Source: Pocillopora damicornis
Lineage: Eukaryota
Reading direction: 5' to 3'
DNA length: 64,000 nucleotides
Assembly (NCBI RefSeq): GCF_003704095.1
Contig: NW_020845694.1
Location: 496,001 to 560,000 of the forward strand
How positions within the stretch are numbered: the first letter of the stretch is position 1; each line of letters opens with the position of its first letter. The notes beneath the pieces are model-generated. The model did no database searches and was not told the origin of the DNA. It was given only the letters and a program-made list of their open reading frames with translations. Positions 12,893 through 26,000 of the stretch are shown here, piece after piece. The translations under genes and the position numbers were made by a program.

Positions 12893-15800
12893 CTATATAA
12901 CATCAAACTTTCTGAGCCAGGAACTAGGAATGTGAGCTCCATCTTTGTAAGGTGCAGTTATCCATAGATTAGCGATCCATTTCTCTCCCCTTTTTATGCC
13001 ACAACCTCCGTGCAAACTAAAATCATCTCTTGCTCCCATCCAGCCGCTCTCATCGTCTCGTAAGTGATTGTACCACATGATAGCTGTTCCTTTTCGTGGA
13101 CTGATCGCCAGACCTTGGTGGCAGTTATGGCTAAGATTGAAGTAGTCCAAATCACCACGACTTGAAGTCAGATACTAAATAGAATTGAAAACAAAACTCA
13201 TGTTACTCCTTCGTAGTTGATTGCGTAATCGGATCGTACATCTAATGGTAGCCCTGAAAATTATTGTTTTCTATAGGAGTGACTGACTTTGCAACTTCTT
13301 TGATGCTCTTAAAAGATAACAACCTTTAATTGATGTGTTTTTTATTGATTTATGGCCACTAGAATGTTGTCGCGGGGGAATTTGTATTTTTATCGCATTT
13401 CACTCTAAAAGGCTCACGCCCCGCGAGAATCTTACCTCCATGCTAAGGGTGACATTGTCGGCCATAGGGAAAGCAGTTTCTCCTCCTTCCTCGACATCGT
13501 TGAGATAAAACAGGATTGTTACATATCTGATCAAGGAAACAAGAACAAACAAAAAGCGGATTGATGAAAGGTGACAACTGACCTTATAAAGTATCAATTT
13601 TGTTTGAACATGATGTAATTCCATCTGAAATGTCGCTGCTAAAACGTGATTTTATCTAATTATGTAACACAAAGTTCTCGATGATGTCCCGTTCTTAGAA
13701 GTGAAATTAAAGTAGTTGGCTCAGTTAAGTTTGCGCGCAATATTTTTTAAAAAATTGTTATTATCACTAATCAAAGCAAAGCTGACTAAGAAAACGCAAA
13801 AAAGACGATTTGATTATTAGTCATCACCATTTAACTGAACTTTTGCATATGCTCACCTACAGAGCCTACAGCCTTCATCTTTATTAAAGGCTTGCACCAC
13901 ATCTTCATAAAGTTGGCAGCACCGTTTGTCAGTTCTTTTGTCTGTCTCCGAGTCAAAGTGGGCGTGGTAATGACCATGTTTTCCATAACGGACGATCTGT
14001 TGAAAATATGAACCCTTTTCATTGTAGTCGAAAACGTTTTTTTCTGCCCTCACACTACGAAGAAGGAAGTTGAAAATCAAAAAGAGAAGTTTAAAACAGA
14101 GTTTTGTTTCATGAAAGATGTTCACTTCACAAACTTCACACTCTAATTATTTTTTCATATTTAACATACGAAATATTCTTTTGACCCGCAAATAGCAGAT
14201 GCTAATCAAGGCAGGTCAATTTCTTATTTAACTAAATAAAATTTAACTTAATTAAATTATATTGGATATAATACAGAAATTAATAAATAATACATAAAAA
14301 GACATGTAAAAAGCTACACAATGAAAAGGGAAATGAAACTCATTCGTTGTAAAAGAGAAAACGTCCTTAAGTTTCTACTTGTAGTAAAATTTTGTAGAAC
14401 TGGATGAATTTGTTTCAGTTTGCAGTGTTTGAATTTTTTCCTCTAGTCTCCAAGAACTTCTGAAATCCCAATGAGGAATCGATCCTGGATTCGGCGCTCT
14501 GATGCTCTGCCATTGAGCTACAGAAAACACTAAAATGAACCAGACCTCTACCAGCTCCTTATGTACAAGCCTCCAGAGTACTGCCAAAATCGGCAACGTT
14601 GAGCGTTATACGAGAAAACAGACGAGAAAGATGATGAATTTGGAGCTTTGTCATGAAATAAAACGAACCCAGAAATCTGAGTTTTTTCTTCTCTTTTTTT
14701 TTTTTTACCATTACCGTGAGAGACCGAGATACTTTCCAAATGTCAAAAGATATCCTTTGACTAGAATTATAAGAAAAAAATTAAGGCCTACGATATCCTC
14801 TGGTTAAAAAAATTGTTTATTTGACAGTTTGTTACCTGAATTCTCTCACTGCCGTAGATGATTTCTCGGGAGAGTCTGGTGAGTTCTATAACTCTGAAGA
14901 ACAGATGGTAGATAATATATGATACATGACATGGTAGATGATACATGACAGCAATCAATTTTAACTAAATTTCTTCAGCCGTATGTTCGAATAGCTAGGA
15001 AACTATGATTGGTACAACTCGTTTTTAAGGCATACTGTAGAAAGCAGTAGGAGATCTTTGACTGCACGTGATTCTTCTATCAGACCTGTAAAATTGGTAG
15101 TTTATAAAAAATTTACAAATTAGCATGATCCAAAGCCAATGTGGAAGACGCCTGGTTTGGACTATCTATTAGGAGCACTGATCTGCCACGCTCAAGTGAA
15201 AACGTTACCTTTCTATCACTTTGTTTAAAACTGGATCGCCCAAAGATCTCTGATTGACCCAAGTCTGATCACTGTAACGTGGCCTGTGAAGTGGGTGAGA
15301 CATAGACATTGCTGACATCAAATCCGTTAACCCCATGGAATTCATTGTTTTGAATTCATCAATTGTAGCAAATCCTGAGAGAAAAGGTGATACTTTTACT
15401 CAGTGATCGTGCGAATAATCAAGGAGCAACAAAAGCAAAGAAGATCTCCATGGTATCAACGAGCGCTTTTCATTCAACTTATTTATTCTTGTTTTCTCGT
15501 CACCATATTCCCACCAATTTCATATAAACACACACACAACCCATAATTCCTTCAATCGCTCTGGTGAAGGGCTAACGCTCAAAACTTCAGCCTTGAAACT
15601 CTTTACGGTGGCCAATTTACGTTTTCAACTCAATTGCTAACATTAAAATTACCTAAAAGAAAAGAAGATTAGATAAGTGTTTACCGTGGGTCGATAAGAG
15701 TCGCTGTGTATCACTTGCGCCTAAAAATTACTCCATGTTGGTCTCAAGCTCGCTTGACTGTTTCCAATCCATTTCTTCTTTTTATTAACGAATATTCTTT

Positions 15801-18515
15801 GACGCACTTAAATATACTTCATCCCTATTTGAATTTTATCTTTATTTCAATGTTAATTCCTCAAAACATAACGCACTAAATGGAGAAATGACTGAAATCA
15901 TTTTAATCATAAAGATAATCAGTCAAGGTGCCTAGTATAAGAAAGTTATTTACCATCGTCTAATTCCGTGATATTCACATTATGAAGCCTGTAAACAGAA
16001 CAAACTCGGCTTAGGGACCGGTCGTTATTTATCACGGAAANNNNNNNNNNNNNNNNNNNNNNNNNNNNNNNNNNNNNNNNNNNNNNNNNNNNNNNNNNNN
16101 NNNNNNNNNNNNNNNNNNNNNNNNNNNNNNNNNNNNNNNNAAAGGAAAATAAAAACTATCCTTGGATTAAAGCGTTTACTCACAGTAAATGAAGGAAAAA
16201 GCAAGCAAGCAAACAAGCATGCCAGCAAATCGATAAGACTAAAAATATGCAGTTTGAGGGGAACTTATAGCTACTCAGGTTACATAAAAAGTCTAATTTT
16301 GTACCCACCTCCTCGATAGTCAGTTTTCCATTTTTGTCCCCATCCAAATATTGAAAATAATCAACATGCAGTGGCCCATCTGCAACAAAACATTTTAAAA
16401 AATTTTATGTCATGGATCAAAATCTTAACAATGAATAATCATGAATCATGGGTACATTGTATTTTACCGCAAAACATTGAACGAAGCTGCCTAATAATGA
16501 GCGGAACTTCCGTAAGTTACGACCAGCTTTCCATCAATGATAAAAGGAAGGGTTGACAACCAAAATAAAGTGCGCCCGATATGGGACTTGAACCCATGAC
16601 CCTCAGATTAAAAGTCTGATGCTCTACCGACTGAGCTAACCGGGCTCACGGAATAGTATTTGTTGAAATGAAAATACCCAATGCTGGCATCAGAGTATGA
16701 GACTTGGAATTGACTTTATTTTTGATTTAGAAGTGCACTGTGCACAGTGGACGCATCAGTTATCAATAAGGTCAAGTTACATTGCAGTTGCACGGTGAGT
16801 TTAGCTAAAAATACAGTCAAATGCAACTCCTCTGTTCCCTTTGAAATCACTGGCTCGTATCTTACTTCTGATGTCAGGGATTTCAAATTCACTCCAGGAC
16901 TGTAGTCCTCCCTTAGCTGTACTGGTAACAAAGCGTTCTCTTTCCGCAAGATTAACCATGTGGCCACACTCTTCCTCAGACAGAAAATTGGGAATTTCTG
17001 GAAATGAAGAGATGATGCCAGAAGAGATGATGTCACCGACCACAGTTCCTAATCATTAGCAACAATTATTAACGACAAAGCCATGCAAAAGCCTACAAAC
17101 ACTTCTAAAGTTTCATCAGCGAATTACTGTAAAGCCGTTGTAACGTTTGTTCTTTGACCATAACCGTGCAGCGTGAAAGGTCGTGAAAGTCTTACAGATA
17201 CCATTACCCCTATCACAATCATTACCATTAAGAATAAAGGTAAAATTTTCCCGCCGAAAGGAAAGAAAATCGCCAACAGGCATATAAAACTCCTACAAGT
17301 ATCCATACCATACGGTAAGATGTAATTTTTTTGGAGCAGTCTTACCAAACAAAAGAGGCCTCATAGCTTTTGTAATCCGCTTTCTCACAATATCACCAAG
17401 ATCAACATCTTCAACGTGACCAACCTATGACGAAATTTTACGTTTAAAATGTGACTTTATTTATATGGGCGCTATAGCTGAAAAATAAATGTGGCTAGAC
17501 ACAGCAACTGTAACAAAGACAGCCAGGAAAGTTTCGAGCGAGTTTTAAATTAAGGTGATATCCATGTACTTTATTCGCTACGATCGCTAAAACTTCCAGG
17601 GTTTATCTTTGATGACCAATATTGGAACTAAGAAACGAAAAACATTATACAATGAAGTTTTAACCAAGGAAAGAAATCGCACCGATCGCAGCGATGAATC
17701 CGATTCAATTACGACAATTCTCGTAACGAAGTACCGCGTGGACAGCGCCATTCCAAGATGGCGGCAAGCGCTTCTCGGAAGAGCAATCATTGATTTGGAC
17801 AGCCCTACTTGTTTGGACTGCCTTTTTTCAGTCAAGTTGGTGTTACTAAGAATAATTCGCGGAAGCACTGCTTGATCAATTTTGCTTTGGTGATTTTCAA
17901 AAAGTGCCGGTAACCGCCCTCTATAATGTTAGTCTTATCGTAGTTCGCCTAAGTAACTTAGCGACAGATTGTCTTCACGTACGGGATATTTTGCCAGTGT
18001 GTTTATGGGGATATTCGAACGAACGCATTCACAAACAGAATGATAATTCTAATTCGCACAAGTTGTTTTTCTTTTTCTTTATTCCCGAACGAATTATATA
18101 CCTGTGCATGTTAATTTGGCTGACCTAATAGGAAAAATAACATACGTACCATTTCGATCGGTTGTCAACTTGCATTGAGGAGCATGGGCAACCTCAAAGC
18201 CCAAATACAATGATCGTTAGCTTATGGCAGATTGTGACACCTTCTGTAATGGAGTGAATTAATGAACTTAAGAAGATTTAATAAAACCACAAGTCTTACT
18301 TTAACGCCATTTATTCTTGTCAAACCAGCCTTCCTTCCGATAACGCATGGTTCATCTCCGCTTGAATCAAACTTTTTGTAATCGCATCTTTGCCCCTCCC
18401 GTACAAACCTACAAACGTTATATGTTCGATTACTGGGCTTCTTTTCGCAGTAAGCTGACAAAGCTAAAAGTGAGCAAAGGAGACAAAACTTCCATCGAAG
18501 ACTAAACAAGGTCAT
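12893..18515 (-). CDS. P4HTM: Transmembrane prolyl 4-hydroxylase-like protein, paralog 2 (11 exons; exon 5 in the assembly gap)
   Basis: Exons in transcript order: 18515-18300, 17424-17346, 16997-16866, 16379-16309, [exon 5 presumed in the N gap 16041-16140, preceded by a polypyrimidine tract], 15988-15954, 15374-15209, 14893-14836, 13996-13857, 13526-13436, 13174-12893. Motifs [45 protein letters not shown]. Confidence 0.9.
16573..16645 (-). tRNA. trnK-UUU: tRNA-Lys(UUU) in intron 3 of P4HTM paralog 2
   Basis: Reverse complement GCCCGGTTAGCTCAGTCGGTAGAGCATCAGACTTTTAATCTGAGGGTCATGGGTTCAAGTCCCATATCGGGCG: 73 nt, full cloverleaf, TTT anticodon, A and B boxes, TTTT terminator just downstream. 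Identical to 35807-35879. Confidence 0.95.
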
Positions 18516-19454
18516 TGTTTATCGCTGTGAGAATAAACAGTAGTTCTCTTATTTAGTTTTTTATTTAAACGCCGTGGTTTGAAGCCACCCGTGACTCGCA
18601 CCGAAAGCATAAATATTAATCAATCGTGTTTTTTGAACAATGTATGTTGCAAGACGTGGATCAGTCCCTTAACATGGCTCTGTAATTCTAAGACTGACTG
18701 GAAACTCAAATATAAATTCGAGATGAGCCATTAAAACTAGAGAAAAATTAAACAGTTTGACTCATTTCAATTTCAGACTTAACGCCTCGATCTATAAATC
18801 TTGTAACCTAAAGCTTTAAGCTTGAATCAGGTAACAGGTGGCTATCGCGTTTCACACTTACAAACAGTACCTACCCAGTGGACAAAGAGAAAGGGCCTAA
18901 CCGTATAAAGGCACCAGGAAGTAAGGTCATTGACACCAGAAAACTGGGTCGACTTCACTACTAACTTACAATTAGGGGTCTGAATGTGTCAAATGAGCTG
19001 TATGACATACTAAGTATTCTGTCAATTATTTGATTAGTCGATAGAGGAAGGACCTTCAAGTCAAACCTTCAGTTCAGAAGAATATTCTGTTAACAGTTAA
19101 TCATTGGTCATTCCAAGTTTTATGGATTTCAAGATGATCTGGATCTGTGGCGATGATATCCCTTTCGGCTTCTTTTCGTTTTAGATTGAATTATTCAAGA
19201 AAAAAAACCGCACTGAAGAACACGCAACATTGTCACCGCGAAAAAAAAAAGACAACGTCTTACATGACCTGAGAAAGCGAGAATAGATTTTAATTAATTC
19301 CCATAATGATAATTTTCTTAGCCTAGAATTTGTATTGAATTGAATTTAGTCTATTCTGGATAGCTCCTTCAGGTTTTAACTGTTTAGATATCGTTTAATA
19401 ATCTCGTAGTTTCCATTCCTGAGTTAATAAAGTTCGGGTATGCAAAAGGTTTAA

Positions 19455-19523
19455 GCATGTAACAACTCAGCCACGAGCTTGGAATATGAGCTGAATCTTT
19501 ATGCAGTGCAGCGATCCAACTAT
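19455..19523 (-). pseudogene. Relic of a P4HTM terminal exon (sixth, decayed paralog)
   Basis: Translates to SWIAALHKDSAHIPSSWLSCYM, versus paralog 3 [22 protein letters not shown]. Nucleotide match to about 20007-20075. No other exons visible. Confidence 0.75.
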
Positions 19524-19735
19524 CCTCGTTCGCTTTCAAAATCATAATGTATTGAAGGGGATTCAGTAACTCTATTTCATTTAAAAAGGCGATTACAACC
19601 TGTCGGAATCTGAAAAAATGAGCGTTCCTCAGTAGGACCAAGATGGAATTTATCGTGCTGGTTTCCGTACATTAAGGCTAGCTTTTCCTCGATAGCGAAA
19701 TGAACAGTTGATAACAAAAGGACAAAATTGGATCT

Positions 19736-19777
19736 CGCCCGATATGGGACTTGAACCCATGACCCTCAGATTAAAAG
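19736..19777 (-). pseudogene. 3' half of tRNA-Lys(UUU), truncated at the anticodon arm
   Basis: 42-nt exact match (cgcccgatatgggacttgaacccatgaccctcagattaaaag) to the intact tRNA-Lys copies. The D-arm and acceptor 5' half are absent. Confidence 0.85.
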
Positions 19778-19953
19778 GCCAAGCAATTACTCTTCGCCGG
19801 GGGAAAGCGGGGGTTTTTTATGGGGATCACTTGTTTTTCAAGGGTAACAGACGAGGGATTAGTCGTCGCCAACAGGCAATTGGCTTCCTATTAACTGTTA
19901 ATGAAGGGGGGGAGGGTTACTCCACCCCAGGCGATAAATAATGACCAGTTCCC
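19778..19953. mobile_element. Probable MITE (GGGA-type terminal repeat, Harbinger/PIF-like) abutting the tRNA fragment
   Basis: The right end gcgataaataatgaccagttccc is the reverse complement of a terminus also seen at 16011 (ttagggaccggtcgttatttatc). The left end is degenerate. Confidence 0.45.
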
Positions 19954-20006
19954 AATTTCCTAGTTCCCACGAGTCCTTTCAACCTGCAAGTCCATGTATG
20001 TTGGTC

Positions 20007-23000
20007 TTATATGTAAAAATTCAGCCACGAGCTTCGAATGTGAGCTGAATCTTTATATGGAGCACTGATCCAATTATTAGCGATCCATTTTTCGCCTTTT
20101 GTGATATCACATCCTCCGTGTAAACTATACTGGTCCATCTCTCCCAGCCATCCGCTCTCTTTATCCATAAAGTGATTATACCACATCACAGCGGTTCCCT
20201 TTCGAGGCTTGATGACTAAGTTCCCCACATGACAGTTGTGACTCAGATTAAAATAGTCCAGCGTGCCGCGACTGTCTTTTAAGTACTGTTGAAAAGATAA
20301 ATAGACGCTACCATTAACCTTGATCGATTTATGTCGATGTTATAGAATTCTATTTGCAAAGAAAGAGACCGAGTTACGATGATCCGTCCGACCCTAGCTT
20401 TCACTATGGTTTTCTTTGGGATTGCGCACGCGGGGTCTTCCGGTCACATGATAAGTCTTGTCATCTCCAAAGTTCCTCATTTTGTATTGAATTCATCACC
20501 TACCTCAAAATTTAAGGTTTCGTTTTCTGCAACAGGAAAGGCTGTTTCACCTCCACCTTCCACGTCATTAAGATAATATAGAATGGTAATATACCTAGGA
20601 GAGGAGAAAGTATCCGGCAATTTTCATGGCTTGTAAAGTAAACTTATTCACTGAAGCTCCGTAAAGCTTAGACTCGCTTTTACTGGTCGAGTGTGATATC
20701 CATAATTTTGCCACAGCGGGAGCTTTGCTTTAACCGTTTTGACAAAATTTGGGACTCGAAATTTCCGAGATGATAATTACCGTTGATGATCTAATGTCAA
20801 ACAACCTTCACTGGCCAAAACAGAATTGAGAGGCAATAATACTCAAGCACAGTAGAAGTTGTTTAAAAAAAAAAAGTCAAACTAAATTATCAAAAGTAGA
20901 GCGGGGCATCATAGAGTAAAGTAAGGCTCGGAGTATGTTTTCAGAAAGCTTTCATTTTTGCTCAATTAATTGGTTCATAACTAACTGATTACGCATAATT
21001 GAGTCTCATAAGTCATTTTAGACACTAACTACTTTTTCCGTGAATACATATAAGGCAGAACATCTAACCTGCAAATCCTGCAGGGATTCTCAAAGCTCAA
21101 CATATCCACTTCATGTTGTTGATGGCAGCAAGGGACGTCGGTCCTCAGGTGAGTTTCAGAATCATAATGGGCGTGGTAATGACCATTTTTATCATAATAA
21201 ACAACCTGAAAGGACACGTGACGAGCAATGAAATGAGTTCTGTTAAAGGTAAAGTCTACATTTTGGTCTCATATGGACACCTACGTACTCTACCGGTTTC
21301 TAAAGCACAAAGTGGGTAAAAAGTTTGCCAGTTTAATTTGTTGCACGTTACCTCCAGCATTTTTTTTTTATCTAAGTTCACTTGTAGTGGAGTTGAAGAG
21401 AACCCGCTGTATGCATTCGAAAGGTTGCGATTCATGGACATCCCAAGATGTTATCAATGATTATACTCTAAAACTGATAGAAAGTTCATCTTAAACTTAT
21501 TCTCACCTGGAGTCTTTCACTTCCATAAATGATTTCTCTTGGAAGCTTTGTTAACTTAATTACTCTAGGAAAAGAATTACGAAAATTAAATTACTGTCTG
21601 ATGGGTCGTATACATGGATTGTATCTGGTTTCGGAAATGGGAAATCGATAAGGCAACGGGAGGCAAGTGAGATTAGAGTAGTCAGTTAGAATACTAATCC
21701 ATCCCTCAATCCATCCAAACATTATCTATTGTCTTTTACGCATGTATTTATTAGTGTCAAAAGCAATCTGGGTTTGCTGTCCTTTTGTTTTACTTCGCTC
21801 TACGAATGGTCCAGAAAACTCGCGCCATTCTGTCAACCAATCAGATGCAAGACTAAAACCAGTCACGACTTGGTCGCTCGCGCTTTCCCGCGCTTTAGGA
21901 AGTTTGGTCGGTTTTACTTTGTGTTCTCATTGGTTCCTTAGGGTATTTACCTTTTTTCAGATCATCCGTTGTGATTACTATGGCTTCAAGAAAATATGCG
22001 ACATTCTTAAAAACATGTTTCAACAGTTCTTCTGTCATCTTCAGTTCTAATTTATACAAAGTACAAAGTTGAATTTAAAGTGCATAACAAAACGCTCATT
22101 GGACAAATGTTATTCTTGTTATACACCTTAAATTCAACTTTGTAGTTTGTATAAATCAGAACTGAAGATGACAGAAGAACTGTCGAAACATGTTTTTAAA
22201 GAAGGTCGCATATTTTCTTAAATTCGTGACATATCTGCTGCTATCTAGATATCTTTACCATAGCTTTGATTTAACGACAATCAATCGAAAAATGCTCGAT
22301 TCATTTATCGTACCTTTCAATGATTCTATCTAAGGTAGGATCTTTGAGGTATCTCTGGTTCAAAAAGGTCTGATAACTATAACGAGCCCTGTATTTAGGA
22401 TGAGTTTTTCCTGCATGTGCCATTATAGTGTCAGCCCCACGAGTATTCATATTCTCGAACTCTTCAGGCGTGATTACTCCTGAAAAAGAAAACACGTTAC
22501 ATTTCAAGTCAAGCTTGGGGCAGCTTTCGTGCATACGCTAGCGCTTTGAATCGTGCCGTCAAGTGTTCACGTTTAGAGACGAGAATTCACTAATAATAAT
22601 AAGTTTCCTTGTAACGTCAAGAGAAAATGATGAACCATAATTTTTTTTTGGTAAAATAGAATTAAATTCATAAAATTTAATCATTTTTTAATAAATTTAT
22701 TTGAGCCTTGCATAAGCGCATGTCCTATAGAGCAAATCTTAATGATTTCTTTTCTGCAGACCTGATATCCTTGAGAACTTGAAGTGCAGCCTTAACTCTC
22801 ATAACTTAGGACGTTATCAATTGACACAATGCTTTCCTAATATTTGTTTTTTCTTCAGAGACATCATAAATATACAGAGACTTGAAAATGGCGTAGTGGA
22901 AAGGAACCCCTGGCTATCTTGGGCAAAGTGCATGCATGCGCAGAGACAAGATAACTAACAGACGCTTAAAAAGCATAAAGCTGGTAGTTTCTAAAGAAAC

Positions 23001-26000
23001 AGTGAAGTTACGTCGGTGGGAGAGTATAACAAGGTAATTTGGTATTATCAACTGAGTTGATAACCAAAATTGGCCACCGTTAATTGAAATTTAATTGAAA
23101 GCTGACGTTTCGAGCGTTAGCCTTTCATCAGAGCGAAAAAAGCAGCTTAGCTTAAAAAAGCAGGCTGGTAGAACGAGCGAAACTTACCATCGTCTAACTC
23201 GGTAACGTTCACCTTGTGAAGTCTGTGGTACATTAGATGATAAATCATAAGTTGTGAGATAATAAATACTATTTATTGTTATCAAAGTTGCTCTTTAAAG
23301 TAATACAGCCCAACGTTAATTTACTGTCTGAAGTTAAGGGTATAAGAAAATGACTCACAACTCCATCAAATCTTCTTCGCTGAAGACGGCGTAAATATAT
23401 TTCTTTCCGAACTCGACAACCTAAAGACAAAAATTCAACAATAATTCTATATGTTAAGACGACTTTAAGACAAGGAGATACATATGGTCGCTTACGAATG
23501 TACCGTGGTCTGGGAGGTCTACATGAGACACAAAACTTATATTAACTAAGATGTCACGAGAGAAGGAATCCAACTAAAAAAACTTGAGCTAAAGTGACAT
23601 GGAAAACTTATGAAAATGACATGACATGTAGTGCATGACATGACGCGACGCAATGACGACATGACAAGTAATATATGCCATAGAAAACAGGGGCTACAAT
23701 TATCGCTCTATACTCTCACGAGAAAAGGTGCTGACTATACATTTTGATGGAATGAAATGTGAAATTGATTTTGTTGTTGTTGTTGTTGTTGTTTGTTTGC
23801 CTACCTCGTCCACTGTAATTCTTTGGTCATTATTTATGTCCCAAGCACCAAAGATTCCCGCTACATCTTGAGCTTTGCCATCTGAGATAGTTGAAAAAAA
23901 ACATTGTCAATGTCATAACCAGAATTTGGACTCAAGTACAATTCTGTCATGCGTGTCTTCTGGAGGGTGTTGTAACTGACTTTCACTACAGCCGTATCGG
24001 TGAAAAAATTTTGAAGGTTTACCACGCTGCTTACCAGCAGGTTGGTGAATATCTACCATTATTCATCTTTACTGCGGTGAACTTGATAACTGGTAAATAG
24101 ATGGTGCACATAAAAGGTTCCAATGAGTGTTGTGAAGACACCTATGGCCCGCTCCATGAAACGCCCGTGAAACAGGCCAAACGATGAGACGATGGTAAAA
24201 GTGTCTACGTTCCACACCTTCCTAAAAAAGTCATGTGGGTTCCTTAATATTTCCTTCCAGTTTGGGTTGAAAAGGTGTTCGAGCCATACATGACCAAAAA
24301 TTTAATGTCACAGCCCAATTGCGCGCTCATCGAGGCCAATTTACGGTTGTTTTCTGGTGAGAGTCCAGTGATGCACTCATTTATTAGGCTGCTTAATCTA
24401 TTAGAAACCTTATAACCTTATCGTGAACTACTTACGTTCAATTTTCGGTATTTCTAAATCTTTTTCTGTCGTAAGACCTCCCCTAACCGAACTTGATAAC
24501 AGGCCATTGTTTTCAGCTAGCTTTATTATGTAGTCACATTCTTCATTGGTTAAAAAATGTGGTATTTCTGGCGAAAACAAAAACAAAATAACAATAAAAC
24601 ACCAACACAAAAAGAAAATAAACCAGGTATTTCAATTGAATCTATATCTATATTTGCATTAGTGAGTGAAGAATAAAGTCAGCTTCTCGAAGGCGGAGTA
24701 GCGAAGTGCAGATCGCTCACGCACTGTGCCATTATCAGTATGGGCCCCTAAAAAGGAACAACCTCAGTCATGCGATGGAGAGGGTGTTCAAAGTAATTTG
24801 GTAATTACAGACCCTGTCTTATACTTCCTCTTGGTAATCTTTTTTCTTAGCACCCAAATATTTGAGTGACGAGAGTACGAATAAGTTCTCACTGGCTTAT
24901 GTGTGAAAAGGAAAAGATATAAACTGTTGTATAGGAATTTGAGCTCTCCGAGCTGAAAACAACCATTTAGGTACGCAAGATCGGTTGAATCTTGTCCTAG
25001 TCACAAGAAAAAAAAATCAAATTATAATAAATAATAATAATGAAGGATTTTTATAGCGTCTTACCCATTTTTAGAGGAGGCGCGGTGGCCTCGTGGTTAG
25101 TGCGCTCGACTCCGGATCGAGTGGTCCGGGTTCGAGCTCTGGTCGTGGTCATTGTGTTGTGTTCTTAGGCTTTTACTTTACTCTCACAGTGCTTCTCTTC
25201 ACCCAGGTGTACAAATGGGTACCAGCAGCAAATATGCTGGGGGTAACCCTGCGATGGACTAGCATCTCATTTAGGGGGGAGTAGCAATACTCCTAGCCGC
25301 TTCATGCTAAGGAAACCGGAGTTAAGCGCCGGCCCCATAGGCCTCTTAGGCCTGTATATAGGCTTTACTTTTGCTTATCCATTTAGCTCATGGCGCTTTA
25401 CAACACTTTGCAGGGGAATTTGAGCCAGACTGCCTTGAGAAATTACAATTTTTTGACAGGTAAATTTTGCAGATGCCCCCAATTTCAGAAACAAGGCCAG
25501 AAAACAACACCGGGAACTACGTTCCCTACTCTTTGAGAGAAGTGTGTGGGTTCTTTAACGTTCCCTGCAAACCAGTACAGAGAAGATGCAGGAGACGGGG
25601 CCTACAGCTTTTCGTCCTTATCCGAGAAACAAAGACCTGATCCATCCTGTGGCATGCACCTTACCAAATAACAGAGGTTTCATCGCCCTCGTAATTCGAT
25701 TTCTGTGACAATCTCCTAAATCAACTTCCTCAACGTGACCAACCTGACGAAATCAAAGAAAATCTAAGTTTGAGGAAAATTTTTTTAATCGGCCGGAACT
25801 GGTTTATCTTTTATTGGTCATCCATAAAATAAATGCGATTGATTGTTGTTCAAATAAGTAATAAACACTCTCCCCTCAAACAAAACACTGAACGGTAGTA
25901 TTTTTTTATCTTTTGAGAGATTATTTAGCATACAACGTGGTTACTTTAACCATTAATTCTTTACTAACAACGATGTCAACATTGGTTTTCTCCTAAAGTT

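Noticed and set aside
12893-18515. Paralog 2 as a pseudogene
   Set aside because: All visible exons are intact, and the only missing exon maps to the N gap.
24155-24190. SECIS-like ATGA...AAA...GA
   Set aside because: Helix II pairs poorly, it is antisense within an intron, and there is no in-frame UGA in a nearby gene.
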